Positions 1-9,501 of a DNA stretch of 64,000 nucleotides are shown one piece after another. The DNA is from an uncultured Nitrososphaerota archaeon (GTDB lineage Archaea; Thermoproteota; Nitrososphaeria; Nitrososphaerales; Gagatemarchaeaceae): contig CAVRAG010000007.1 in the NCBI GenBank assembly GCA_963718895.1, positions 32,001-96,000 of the forward strand. The letters run 5' to 3'. The position numbers and the translations under genes are program-made. The notes beneath the pieces were generated by a model. That model did not search any database. It saw only the letters and a list, made by a program, of their open reading frames with translations, and was not told the origin of the DNA. Numbering within the stretch: the first letter of the stretch is position 1; every line of letters starts with the position of its first letter.

Positions 1-196
1 CGGCCGAAGCAGTGTGCCTCAAGGTTTCTCTGAGCGCGGCGAGATTTCCTACGAACTTCTCATCCTGCTCCTCTGCAGCTGTGACCGCGATCCGTAATGC
101 CTCGGCCATGGACTGCACGTTAAGCCGCTTGGCGAGAATGCTAAGGCGCTCCTTGTCGGACTTGGAGACCCTTATCGTGGTGCTCAATGCAGACAT
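1..196 (-). CDS. Ribbon-helix-helix (VapB/CopG-like) antitoxin, truncated by window edge
   Basis: Absent from the ORF track. Manual translation from ATG at 196 gives MSALSTTIRVSKSDKERLSILAKRLNVQSMAEALRIAV..., a TTIxV beta-strand followed by two helices. TATA-like TTAAAT lies ~25 nt upstream. Confidence 0.7.
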   Translation of the reverse strand, partial: MSALSTTIRVSKSDKERLSILAKRLNVQSMAEALRIAVTAAEEQDEKFVGNLAALRETLRHTASA

Positions 197-265
197 GTAG
201 ATATTACACAAGCAGACATTTAAGCCCTATACTGGCAACGTTCATTAGCCGGTGAAAGTCTGCGG

Positions 266-580
266 ATGTTCATGACGAGCATCCTCGCCCCGGACGCCTC
301 CCTGACGTTCCTGGCCGCCATACTAGTGCCGCTCATCCTGGGATTCCTTGTGGGGATAATCGGCAAGGCCGCGATTCGCATCGGGGTCGCAATCGCCATA
401 ATAATCATAATCCTAATCGCGCTCGGATTCTTGACACCCAACCAAGTGCTCCAGCCCCTGGTGCAGCTGATAAGGAGCGGACCCAGCCTGACGACCAAGG
501 TCAGCCAGATCGCAGGATATCTGCCCTACTCCTCGATAACCTTCATCGTAGGGTTCGTAATCGGGTTCTTCAAGGGCTGA
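266..580 (+). CDS. Small membrane protein (about 3 TM helices)
   Basis: Strongly hydrophobic 104-aa ORF. Confidence 0.75.
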   Translation: MFMTSILAPDASLTFLAAILVPLILGFLVGIIGKAAIRIGVAIAIIIIILIALGFLTPNQVLQPLVQLIRSGPSLTTKVSQIAGYLPYSSITFIVGFVIGFFKG

Positions 581-582
581 GT

Positions 583-846
583 CTAGAGCAGCCAGTCCTT
601 CGGTGGGCCGTTCCCGCCGGCGCAGTGCACCTCGCCCGATACCCTGCGGATGAACGAGGGGCAGGCGAAGCAGACGAGGAAGTTCACCTCGCTCTTGACG
701 ATGGGGCAGTCGACCGCCTCCTTCTTCATCCTGGATATCATCTTGGGGCTCGCGCCGCCCTTGAGCTCCGCGCTCACCACCTTCGGTACCTTGTGGGGTT
801 TCTGCGACTGGTAGATCTTCACGACGAACTTGGTGTCAGTGGACAA
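583..846 (-). CDS. Small Cys-rich protein, possible metal binder
   Basis: Likely TTG start at 846; motif VDCP...VCFAC...VHC. Confidence 0.65.
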   Translation of the reverse strand: MSTDTKFVVKIYQSQKPHKVPKVVSAELKGGASPKMISRMKKEAVDCPIVKSEVNFLVCFACPSFIRRVSGEVHCAGGNGPPKDWLL

Positions 847-892
847 GCTGGGGGGTGCCCTCACGTGAGGGATAAAAGACTTGGTGACGGGC

Positions 893-1696
893 CTAGATGG
901 GTAGCCCTGCCGACTGCGAGCCTGATGCCTCCGCTTCCGCCGCCTCCTGAGCCCGGGAGCCATGCCGGAGGACGTTGTTCATGGTATCGCGGCCGTCCCG
1001 CCAGGCGGCCTTCTCCGAGTCCGTCGCCCTTCCGACAACGATCTCACAGAAGCCGTTTCCGAGCGCGAAGCACCTGCTCTCGTACACGTAGTGCTGGAAC
1101 CCGAAGACGGCGTCGGCTATGCCCTTGCAGACTCCCATTATGAAGCGGCAGCTGTCGGTCCGCTCGGCGCTCGGGTTTCTGGTCGCGCAGAAGACGCAGT
1201 CATGCACCCTGACCATGACCCTGGACCCCTTCGTTAAATCTCCAGAGAGGGAGAACTTCCCCCATCCGGCCGACTGGCCTAGGTGCTCGAAGTACGACGC
1301 GAGATGGTCTGGATCGTCCGTGACCAATCGGTAGTCGAGGGCCGTGGCCCGCCCGTAGGAATAGCCCATCTCAAGGAGGAGTGGCGATGCGTCCTTCATG
1401 AAGTAGGCGAGAAGGTCCTGCTCGATGAGCGCCCATGCACGAGCGTTGAGTATGAAGACGCGCCTGTTGGTGGGCGTGAACAGTACGGCGCCCTTCTGCT
1501 CGTCCCACCTGTAGAGCTCGCCCGGGCTTCCTGGCGGACGCCAGGGATGCCTACCCGGCACGGGGCTTCCGGCAAGGTTGCCAGCGACCATTCGCTCGAT
1601 GAGCTCGCTCGGGGAGACACCTTGGTCGGCGGCAATCCTGCTCAGTCTGTCGCGCTCCGCCTCCTCGAGCTCGATGGCGAGCGAGACCCGTGCCAT
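893..1696 (-). CDS. RHH + V4R domain protein
   Basis: Likely ATG at 1696 (MARVSLAIELEEAERDRLSRIAADQGVSPSELI, RHH-like). C-terminal part GWGKF...HDCVFC...SCRFIMGVCKG...ESRCFALGNGFCEI matches V4R. Confidence 0.8.
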   Translation of the reverse strand: MARVSLAIELEEAERDRLSRIAADQGVSPSELIERMVAGNLAGSPVPGRHPWRPPGSPGELYRWDEQKGAVLFTPTNRRVFILNARAWALIEQDLLAYFMKDASPLLLEMGYSYGRATALDYRLVTDDPDHLASYFEHLGQSAGWGKFSLSGDLTKGSRVMVRVHDCVFCATRNPSAERTDSCRFIMGVCKGIADAVFGFQHYVYESRCFALGNGFCEIVVGRATDSEKAAWRDGRDTMNNVLRHGSRAQEAAEAEASGSQSAGLPI

Positions 1697-1753
1697 TTCT
1701 CGACCTTGAGGTCCTCCTCTAATTGCCGTAACGTTTGCACATGAGCTCCAAAG

Positions 1754-1799
1754 GTGTTCTTTCTGCGTTCTTGTGGCACATCCGAACACAGCAGAACAC
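1754..1799. promoter_or_regulatory. Imperfect palindrome, candidate RHH operator between divergent genes
   Basis: GTGTTCT (1754-1760) pairs with AGAACAC (1793-1799); inner CTGCGTTC/GAACACAG pairs 7 of 8; central TGTG-G-CACA. It abuts TATA-like TTTATT at 1801. Confidence 0.55.
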
Positions 1800-1828
1800 A
1801 TTTATTCAAGAAGGCGCCAAGTGGATTC

Positions 1829-2350
1829 ATGCGAAAGAGCGTCACCAGGACGCTTAGAATCGACGAGGTCCTCGACAGGTCAATCCAGCGGATAGCCACC
1901 GACGAGAACCTGACTGTCAACTCCCTCGTTAACAGGACCCTCACGAAGATGATCGAGTGGGATCGGCCTGCGGAGAAGGTCGGGTTCGTCTCCGCGTCAC
2001 CGACCCTCATGGGCAGGCTGCTCTCCGAGAGGGACGGCGAAGCTAGCGAGGAGCTGGGGCGCTGGGCGGCTCGGGAGGTCTTCCTGCCCTTCATACAGTA
2101 CCTCTTCGGTGAGGTCTCCGTCACGACTGTACTCCTCTACTTCAAGAGAGCTTCAGGATACGGACAGTTCGCCTTCGACGAGACCGGCGACTCGGGCAAG
2201 CGCATCCTCATCCTGAAGCAGTCCCTCGGTCCGAATTGGACGCTCTACTATGATGGAGTCATGAAGGAGATATTCAATGAGACGATGGGAAAGGAGCTCG
2301 CCACGGAGTGCACGAGTGATATGCTCGTCGGAAAACTGGCCACCTCCTGA
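1829..2350 (+). CDS. RHH-domain protein with C-terminal alpha/beta domain
   Basis: MRKSVTRTLRIDEVLDRSIQRIATDENLTVNSLVNRTL is an RHH pattern; TATA ~28 nt upstream of ATG 1829. Confidence 0.75.
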   Translation: MRKSVTRTLRIDEVLDRSIQRIATDENLTVNSLVNRTLTKMIEWDRPAEKVGFVSASPTLMGRLLSERDGEASEELGRWAAREVFLPFIQYLFGEVSVTTVLLYFKRASGYGQFAFDETGDSGKRILILKQSLGPNWTLYYDGVMKEIFNETMGKELATECTSDMLVGKLATS

Positions 2351-2353
2351 GGG

Positions 2354-2860
2354 TCAGGAGACGAACGTGGTCGACGGAAAGACGACAACGTCGTGTATCC
2401 GGAAGAGCTCAGCCAAATCCGGAAGCGGCAGGGAGGGAAGACCTCTGTTCCTGAAGCAGCAGACGACGGTCAACTCCTTGTGCTGGTTGATGTTCCTCTC
2501 GGCGCCCATCACGCGGCCGAAGGACCCGTAGCAGAGGTGGGCCCAGTCCCCGATCCAGAGCCATTCGTCGAAGCCACCTGAGATGAATCGGTCCCTCGCA
2601 TCGTCAAAGAGCCCGATGAAGTTCTGCAGGGAATCGGAACCGCTCTTCATGAGCACTCGTGCGTCCGCGACCAGGGTCTCCGCGCTCCGCGACAACCTCT
2701 TCTTGTCCTTGGCAGGATCCGCGCTCAGGACGCTCAGGAAATCCGTGCGGCGATCGCAGGCTTGAAGATAGGGCTGAAGCAGTCTGAAACGCTCGTTCTC
2801 ACTTGCGTACAGCAGGAGAACGTGCGCCCTGTGCGCACCCGGTGACTTGGCGCGAGGCAC
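2354..2860 (-). CDS. MEDS (DcmR-like sensory) domain protein
   Basis: N-terminal HVLLLYASENERF and C-terminal TVVCCF...LAELFRIHDVVV resemble MEDS termini. Confidence 0.6.
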   Translation of the reverse strand: MPRAKSPGAHRAHVLLLYASENERFRLLQPYLQACDRRTDFLSVLSADPAKDKKRLSRSAETLVADARVLMKSGSDSLQNFIGLFDDARDRFISGGFDEWLWIGDWAHLCYGSFGRVMGAERNINQHKELTVVCCFRNRGLPSLPLPDLAELFRIHDVVVFPSTTFVS

Positions 2861-2934
2861 TCTCTCATAATCGTGTGACCTAGCTTTTCAACCTATGCCA
2901 TCGCCCAGACCACGGTGAGATGCGATAGCGCAAT

Positions 2935-3336
2935 TCATCTCGAAGGTTTGGTCTCGGAGGGGCTAAGGCTGATCGAGAGGACCGCATTCATCTGGGGCAT
3001 CCCCTTCATCCGACCTAGGAAACCCACAAGCGAGTATCCGATGAGTCCGTACTCCTTCCGGAAGATGTCGAGGATCATGTCACGCTCCGTCCCCTCGAGA
3101 ACCCTCGCATAGCCCTGCATCCACGGGCTGGCCCATTTGCCGCTCCTGTCGCACTCGATAACCCGGACGTTGGGGTTTGATCGCACCCGCTTCACCTTCC
3201 AGGAGTCGGGGTCGGTACGGACGTAGACCAGACCATCGTGCTCTAGCGAATTCAGCAGCGTCTGCTTCGCCTCCCCGCTGTCGGTGTATGATTCCATGAT
3301 GATGTATCCGCGTCTTGATAGTTGTGCGGTCACCAT
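2935..3336 (-). CDS. PPOX-class F420-dependent oxidoreductase (Rv2061-like)
   Basis: YIIMESY..SGEAKQT, YVRTDPDSWKVKRVRSNPNVRV..CDRSGK. Confidence 0.75.
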   Translation of the reverse strand: MVTAQLSRRGYIIMESYTDSGEAKQTLLNSLEHDGLVYVRTDPDSWKVKRVRSNPNVRVIECDRSGKWASPWMQGYARVLEGTERDMILDIFRKEYGLIGYSLVGFLGRMKGMPQMNAVLSISLSPSETKPSR

Positions 3337-3394
3337 GGTCCGTCACCGCTTCAGCCCCAGCGCGCACGCTGCAGCCCGCATCATGACTGTGCCT

Positions 3395-3673
3395 TCACGG
3401 ACTGGTTCCCCAGTCCATTCCCACCCGTCTCCAACCTCTCCTAAACCCCCAGACGACCCACATCAGCCCGATCAGCAAACCCACTACGAGCAGCGAGGCC
3501 AACGTGACCACTATGTTCTGAAACAGGCTGAAGCGGCCTGACCAGAGGAGGGTGTAGGCTAGGATGAAGACCAGCCAGGCTATGGCGCCGAGGATCGAGG
3601 CCACGATGGGGGCGAGCGGGCCCCTGTAGTTTCCTGGCCTGGAGCTCTCCGGCGAGGCTTGGGAACCAGACAT
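3395..3673 (-). CDS. Small 2-TM membrane protein
   Basis: Two hydrophobic segments in 92 aa. Confidence 0.65.
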   Translation of the reverse strand: MSGSQASPESSRPGNYRGPLAPIVASILGAIAWLVFILAYTLLWSGRFSLFQNIVVTLASLLVVGLLIGLMWVVWGFRRGWRRVGMDWGTSP

Positions 3674-4015
3674 GAGAACGACGACCCCCGGGTCGTATTA
3701 AAACGGCGGACACGATTCTCGGAATTGAGAAACATGTCACGGTTCCTCAACGTCGCAGCGGGCACCCGCGGGTCTCGATCGCCAGGAAGCGGGCACGCGG
3801 CGCACACGGCGAGCGTGGATGAGGAGACCGAAACTCTCGCAGCTCGTTACGCCCTAGGCGGAGGCGTTTCAGACCCGCCGTCCAGTCCCGGCACCGGATC
3901 GGTCGAGAGGGTGGTGGTAACATAGGGAGGCGCGCTTGACCTGTACTCTCCCTACATAGGGTAGTTTCAGTTCACGTTTATAGTGGAGGGTCGGCGGCGT
4001 TCCCTGTGTAAGAGG

Positions 4016-5325
4016 ATGACAGAACATTCGTCTAGAAGATTCATGTTTAGTCTGATAATCGGCCTGCTCTTGGCTGTGACCTGCGTCCCATTCGTTCAGC
4101 GCGCCCTGCGGCGGCGAGCACTCAGACGACCAGCGGGATAATCATACCTCTGTACGTCTACCCTGGGTCCGTCTGGACCACCCTGCTCCAGGAGAAGCAG
4201 GCCAACCCCACCGTCCCGATGACGGTCATCATCAACCCCGGAGACGGCCCCGGCGTGAAGCTCAGCTCAACCTACGCCACATGGGTGGTCAACCTGCGTG
4301 CAGCCGGGATCAACGTCCTTGGCTACGTCTACACCAGCTTCGGCGCGAGGAGCGCAAGCTCGATAAAGACCGACATCGCGACATACAAGAGCTGGTATGG
4401 CATCAACGGCATCTTCGTCGACGAGATGTCGAACAAGGTGGGATATGAGTCGTACTACACCGCCCTCACCGCCTACGCTCACTCCGAGGGCTTCCCACTC
4501 GTGGTCGGGAACCCGGGGACCTCGGTCCCTCGTCCTTCTTCGGGACGACCGACGTGGTGCTCGCCTTCGAGAACCCGGCCCTCCCCACTATGTCTACGCG
4601 ACCACGACGGCGGGCCAGCCCAAGAGCGAGTTCGCGGTCGTTTCATACGCAATCCCGTCCCTCTCGATGTCCTCCGTCAGCATGATGGCCAACTACGCCT
4701 CCTACATCTATGTGACCAACGGGATCAACCCCGACCCGTACACGGCCCTCCCGTCCTACTCTCGACACTGGTCTCTGACGTGAAGACGTTCCTCTCGACG
4801 ACCACCCCCCTCACGGTCCAGGCGGCCGACGTCAATGGGAAGGCTGTGACCGGACTCTGGACGACGGTGAGCCTGAACGGCAACGTGGTCGACGAGGGCT
4901 ACACGCCGCTCTCCTTCCTGGGCACGACGGGCGACAAATACGCCGTCTCCGTCCCCAGCTTCCAGAGCTCAACTTCAAGCACTGGCAGGACGGGAGCACG
5001 ACCCCAACGAAGACGGTCACCCTTTCGGCGTCGACGGCGCTCACCGCGACGTTCTCCGTCGCCTACTCGATCACGGTCAAGTCGGTGACCTCCTCGGGCG
5101 CGGCGCTCACAGGAATGCGGGTCTACGTCAAGTCTGGCGGGAACACCCTCGACGCCCACGTTCACCCCCACGACCTACTCGGGGACCCCCGGAGTGGTGT
5201 ACACGGTCTGCGTCAACAACTACCAGAACCTCGTCTTCAGCCACTGGGACGACGGGACCACGAGCTCCTGCAGGACGCTCACGCTCTCCGAGAACGTCCA
5301 GCTGACGGCAACCTACAACACCTGA
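4016..5325 (+). CDS. Secreted spherulin-4/GH135-like protein with two C-terminal ~85-aa repeats (several frameshifts)
   Basis: Signal peptide from ATG 4016; IIIPLYVYP, IINPGDGPG, LGYVYT, GIFVDEM, VGNPGT. Indels near 4108, 4535, 4590, 4760, 4970, 5150; TGA at 5323-5325. Confidence 0.8.
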
Positions 5326-5389
5326 CGCGGGTCACCCCCTTTCGACTCAGGGACAAGCTTGACCAGCCGATCCAGGGACCGCGCTCCGC

Positions 5390-6840
5390 CTAGCCCGAGG
5401 AGCACCCGTTGGTGCACGTGTACCACACGTCGAGGCTGCTCCCGGCAACGACCTGGATAGGGTCGGTCCGCGTTGCCGTCGCCCCAATGGTCGAAGATGA
5501 CGTCGTGGGTCGAACCGTGGCAGCTGTCGCAGTCGTCAGCTCGAAGGATGTAGGTGGCGCCTGAAGTGAGGCCGGGGAACGTGTACCCGTCCTCGTTGGA
5601 GAACCCGTCGCGGATCAAACATGCCTCCCGAGCTGTAGACGCGAAGTACATCGTCGCTCTCGGGCCCGTCCCGGCCGCGCAGACGGTGGCGAAGCAGGGG
5701 CTCCAGTAGGACGCCGGCACCCTGTGGGCGTAGACCGTTATCGTGGACACGCCGCCGTTGTTGCAGTCGTAGACCGCCGTGAAGGACTGGTTGCCGCTGA
5801 CCGGCGTGAATTGCACGGGCACGTCGGAGTCCGTGCTGGACCAGTTGCTGAAGGTACAGCTCCCTCCCGCGGAGGCCGGACCCATAGGACTGGCCCACGG
5901 TCGTCGGGAAAGTCACGGCCGTCGACCCCGTCGCAACCGTGGTCCCTGCGGAGTCGAGGAGGGCAATCGGGTAGCCGGAGATGGTCCTTCCGTCCTGGTC
6001 GACGGAGACTACGGTGACGTCGGAGGTGCAAGAGTACGTGGCCGTGAAGGTGACCGCCGCGCTCGTCGCGGTGAACGGACGCGGGTCGGTCGTGACGCCG
6101 TCGGACCACCTGCTGAAGGTGCAGCTGCCGTAGCTCTCAGCTAGCACGCTGTACGCCTGTCCCACTGTCGTGGGGAAGGTCGTGGGGGTGAACCCCGAAG
6201 CGACGGCCGTTCCGCCCGAGTCGTAGAGGGCCGCGTAGTAGCCGCTGATCGTCGCCCCGGCCTGGTTGACCGAGTCGATGGTTGCGGTGGATTTCGTCGT
6301 CCGCAGCTGTAGTCGGCCGTGAGAGAAGCCGGGGCGGTCGCGGCCGTGAAGGTGCGAGGGTCGCTGGTCACCCCGTAAGACCAGTTGCTGAAGGTGCAAC
6401 TGCCGTAGCTCTCCACTCGCACTCCGTAGGTCTGGCCGACGGTGGTGGTGAATGCGGCGGGCGTGTACCCTTCACGACGATGGTCCCGTCCGAGGCGTAG
6501 AGAACGGCACGATAGCCGGTTACGGCCGCGCCGTTCTGGTCGACCGAGTCGACCGTGACGCTCGAACTCACCGTGCCGCAGTCGTAGACCGCTGTGATCT
6601 GCGTGTTGCTCGATATAGAGATCGGTCGTTGGGCCGATGTGCTGCTCGTGTCCGCCCAGCGGGCGAAGCCGCAGCTTCCATAGCTTTCGGCCTGGACGAT
6701 GTACGATTGCCCGTCGTCCAGGGTGAAGGTGGCAGGCGTGTAGCCCCTCGAGACCAGGACGTGGGCGGAGCTGTACAGGACAGCCTCGTAGCCCGTTATC
6801 GTCTGGCCCCCGGTGTTCTGGCTGTCCACCGTCAGCGACG
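5390..6840 (-). repeat. Tandem ~260-bp coding repeats (four clear, one degenerate)
   Basis: Recurring T(V/I)xSxxQxGxxxxGY...G(Y/F)TP..F...GQxY...ESYGSCxFxxW...TAxYxC. Confidence 0.8.
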
Positions 6841-8360
6841 ACGTGGTCGTCTGAGATGACGGGTTCAGGGCGTAGATTGTGGCGTTCGCTGCTGCGAAGA
6901 GGAGGCCGTCGCCGGCCGACGGGGTCGTGAAGTGTTCGACGGTGCCCAGTGACGTGCTGTAGAGGAGAGAGCCTGTCTGCGGGTCGAGGGCGTACAGCTT
7001 CCCTCCGGGGACGGACCGTCCAGACGGCTCCGGCGGCTATTATCGGGGGACCGGCGAAGAGCCCCGTGTAGTTCCAGAGCGAGGTAAAGGTCGGATGTGC
7101 CCCCGGATGGAGTTGGAGCGCATCGAGCCCTCCGCCGCACGGTACGTAGATGACGCCGTTGGCGAACGACGTGGCGCCCCAGGCGCCGTAGGGCCACGGG
7201 GCGTTGACCGCACCGCAAACCGGCGCGCTGAAGAGCTGGCCACCTATCCCGCCGAGGTCGGAGGCGTTCAACAGGTAGCCGGTGTTGTACTTGCCCATGG
7301 TGAAGACGAGGTTTCCCGGCAGCAAGGTCGCGCCGGTGTTCCCGAGGTCGAGGTCGTTGGTGTTGGTGTACTGCCAGTTCGTCTGGGCGAAGTAGTTCGC
7401 CGAAGTGTCGACGAAGGAGAGGTGCGGGGTGAGCTTGATCACGGCGTTGCCGAGGTCGAACGTCTGGTTGTCGCTGTCTCCGGTCACCATGTACACGCTT
7501 CCCGACGCTTCCACCGAGACCCCTTCGGGGGCCCAGACGTCGCCCTCGGGCCTGGACGGAACGTTGTACGCGGACTGCTCGCCGGCCCCAGTGGATGACA
7601 TCGCGATGTCCCACCCCGTCGGGCCCTGCGTGAAGCACTCCCACGAGAAGCCCCCGAACGGGACGTACACGAGCCGTCCGCGAGTGCGAGCGCGCCCGTT
7701 CCTCCTGGGGGAGGTAGTTGAATCCCTGGGCGGCTATGGTGGACCGCCAAACCTGCTGCCCGGTGTTCAGGTCGAGCCGAAGAGGATGTAGCCGCTGTTG
7801 CTGACCAGCGCGGCGGCGTCGATCGTGCCCGACGCGGGGTCGATGACCGGGGTCCCGGTGATGCCGATCGTGGGCTTGATGTCGGGCCCGTTCTGGTTGT
7901 TGTTGCAGGCGTAGGGCGGCTCCACGCTGTCGGCGGGGGTGCCGAGATTCGTCGACCAGGCGATCGCGCCGGTCGCCGCGGTCAGCGCGTAAACGTTGTC
8001 GTCCTCGGTCGCCACGTAGACATAGCCGCCGTAGTAGAGAGGCTCCGCGTAGACCGCGCCGACGACCGTCGCCTCCCAGCTGGCCGACGGCGATGAGATT
8101 GCGGGGAGGGAAGCCGGGTACCCATCGGGAGTATTGTCGTAGTGATAGGTGGTCCACCCGTCGCTCGAGGTCGCGGCGCCGGAGGTCGTCAGGTTCGAGA
8201 CCGTCGCACCCTGCGAAGGTCCGGTGTCGGGAGTCTGTCCGCGGCCGGACGCTGCGAGCGCGGCGGGGAGGAGCGAAGGCACGAGGAGCAGGATGGCAGT
8301 CAGGGCGACGACGGCTAGCCCGTAGCTATGGCGGCGATGGAGAGAACGCGCTGACGGCAC
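5390..8360 (-). CDS. Secreted PQQ-like beta-propeller with five C-terminal ~85-aa Cys-containing repeats (several frameshifts)
   Basis: Signal peptide, WTTYHYDN, VYAEPL, GITGTPVID, DLDLGNTG, GPPIIAAGAVW. ORF pieces 7767-8360, 6141-7670, 6368-6829, 5536-6399 and 5313-5885 join into one gene ending at TAG 5390. Confidence 0.8.
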
Positions 8361-9297
8361 CTTTAACGAACAGACGCCGGGCGGGCGAACTTGAGCCTAG
8401 CGGTGGATTCTTCTGTAGATAGCTCAGGCGGAGTCCCTTCGGTGCGCGTGTACCCTGCGTCGCGGTAGGGGGTCGCGGCCGAGAACGCGAGACGGTCGTG
8501 GTGAAGAATGAGGGCACGGACCAGTACGGGTGGGGCGAGACCGCGTTGGTCAGGTAGACGTAGCGGGCGTAGTGGGTGATAGAGCTCAACGTCGCGAGGC
8601 TCGGAGATGAGACGCCGTACGATATGACAGCGAAGTCATCTCGCGTCTGGCCCATTGAGCACGAGCTGAGCCTGGAGGTCGTCGGCAGGCCGGACCGCTC
8701 GTAGATCACCAGGATGCTGACTGTGCCGACGTATGAGATGGGCACGCAGGTGCCGGGGTTGCCGACGACCGTCGCCAGTCCCAGAGACTTCGCATAGCTC
8801 GTCAGCGAAGCGTAGTAGGACTCGTGTCCGACCGTGCTGGGCATCTGGTCGAGGAAGATTCCGTTCACGCCGTACAGGCTCTTGAACTTGGCAATGTCGG
8901 CCCTCACGGAGCTGGCGCTCCTGGCCCCGTAGTCTGTGTAGACGTAGCCGACGACGGTTATGCCCACCGACATCAATCTGTTGATCCACGTGGCGTAGTT
9001 GGACTCGCGGGAGACGCCGGGACCGTTGCCCGGGTTCACTACGGCGATTACCGGCACATGCGGGTTGGCCAGCTTGTCTTGAATCACCACGTTCCAGGAT
9101 GAACTGGGATAGGAGTAGAGCGGTATGATTAGGCCCCCGGGGTTATAGTTCTGGGTCGATGCTGAAGCGGAGGACAGCGCCGGGACCCCGACCAGCAGCA
9201 GTAGTGCCAGCACGAGCAGATAGTGGAACGTTCTGTTAGAAGAAGATGGAAACATATCCTCGTCTCGGGCTTCAACAGAATTGACTATAAAATTCAT
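8326..9297 (-). CDS. Secreted spherulin-4/GH135-like protein (catalytic domain only)
   Basis: LIIPLYSYP, VVNPGNGPG, VGYVYTDYG, GIFLDQM, VGNPGT, YER. The extreme C-terminus may be frameshifted. Confidence 0.85.
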   Translation of the reverse strand: MNFIVNSVEARDEDMFPSSSNRTFHYLLVLALLLLVGVPALSSASASTQNYNPGGLIIPLYSYPSSSWNVVIQDKLANPHVPVIAVVNPGNGPGVSRESNYATWINRLMSVGITVVGYVYTDYGARSASSVRADIAKFKSLYGVNGIFLDQMPSTVGHESYYASLTSYAKSLGLATVVGNPGTCVPISYVGTVSILVIYERSGLPTTSRLSSCSMGQTRDDFAVISYGVSSPSLATLSSITHYARYVYLTNAVSPHPYWSVPSFFTTTVSRSRPRPPTATQGTRAPKGLRLSYLQKNPPLGSSSPARRLFVKGAVSAFSPSPP

Positions 9298-9501
9298 GTG
9301 AAGGCAGATTACGTAGCGCGTCGACTTCGGACGCGGACATCCGGCTAAGCGTTCGCCTGGCGGCGTCCCGCCCAGTCGCTTCGCCGTCTCCGCGCGCCTC
9401 GGACGCTTTCCATCTTAGCGATCGCGGGAGGCTAGGGTGCCGCTGCAGCCTCCTGAGGCGCCCCTCGTAACGATTCACTGTAACACAATTACGCAAGTCA
9501 G

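Noticed and set aside
3815-3860. GATGAG...GAAAC hammerhead-like string
   Set aside because: Lacks the CUGAUGA core and the three stems.
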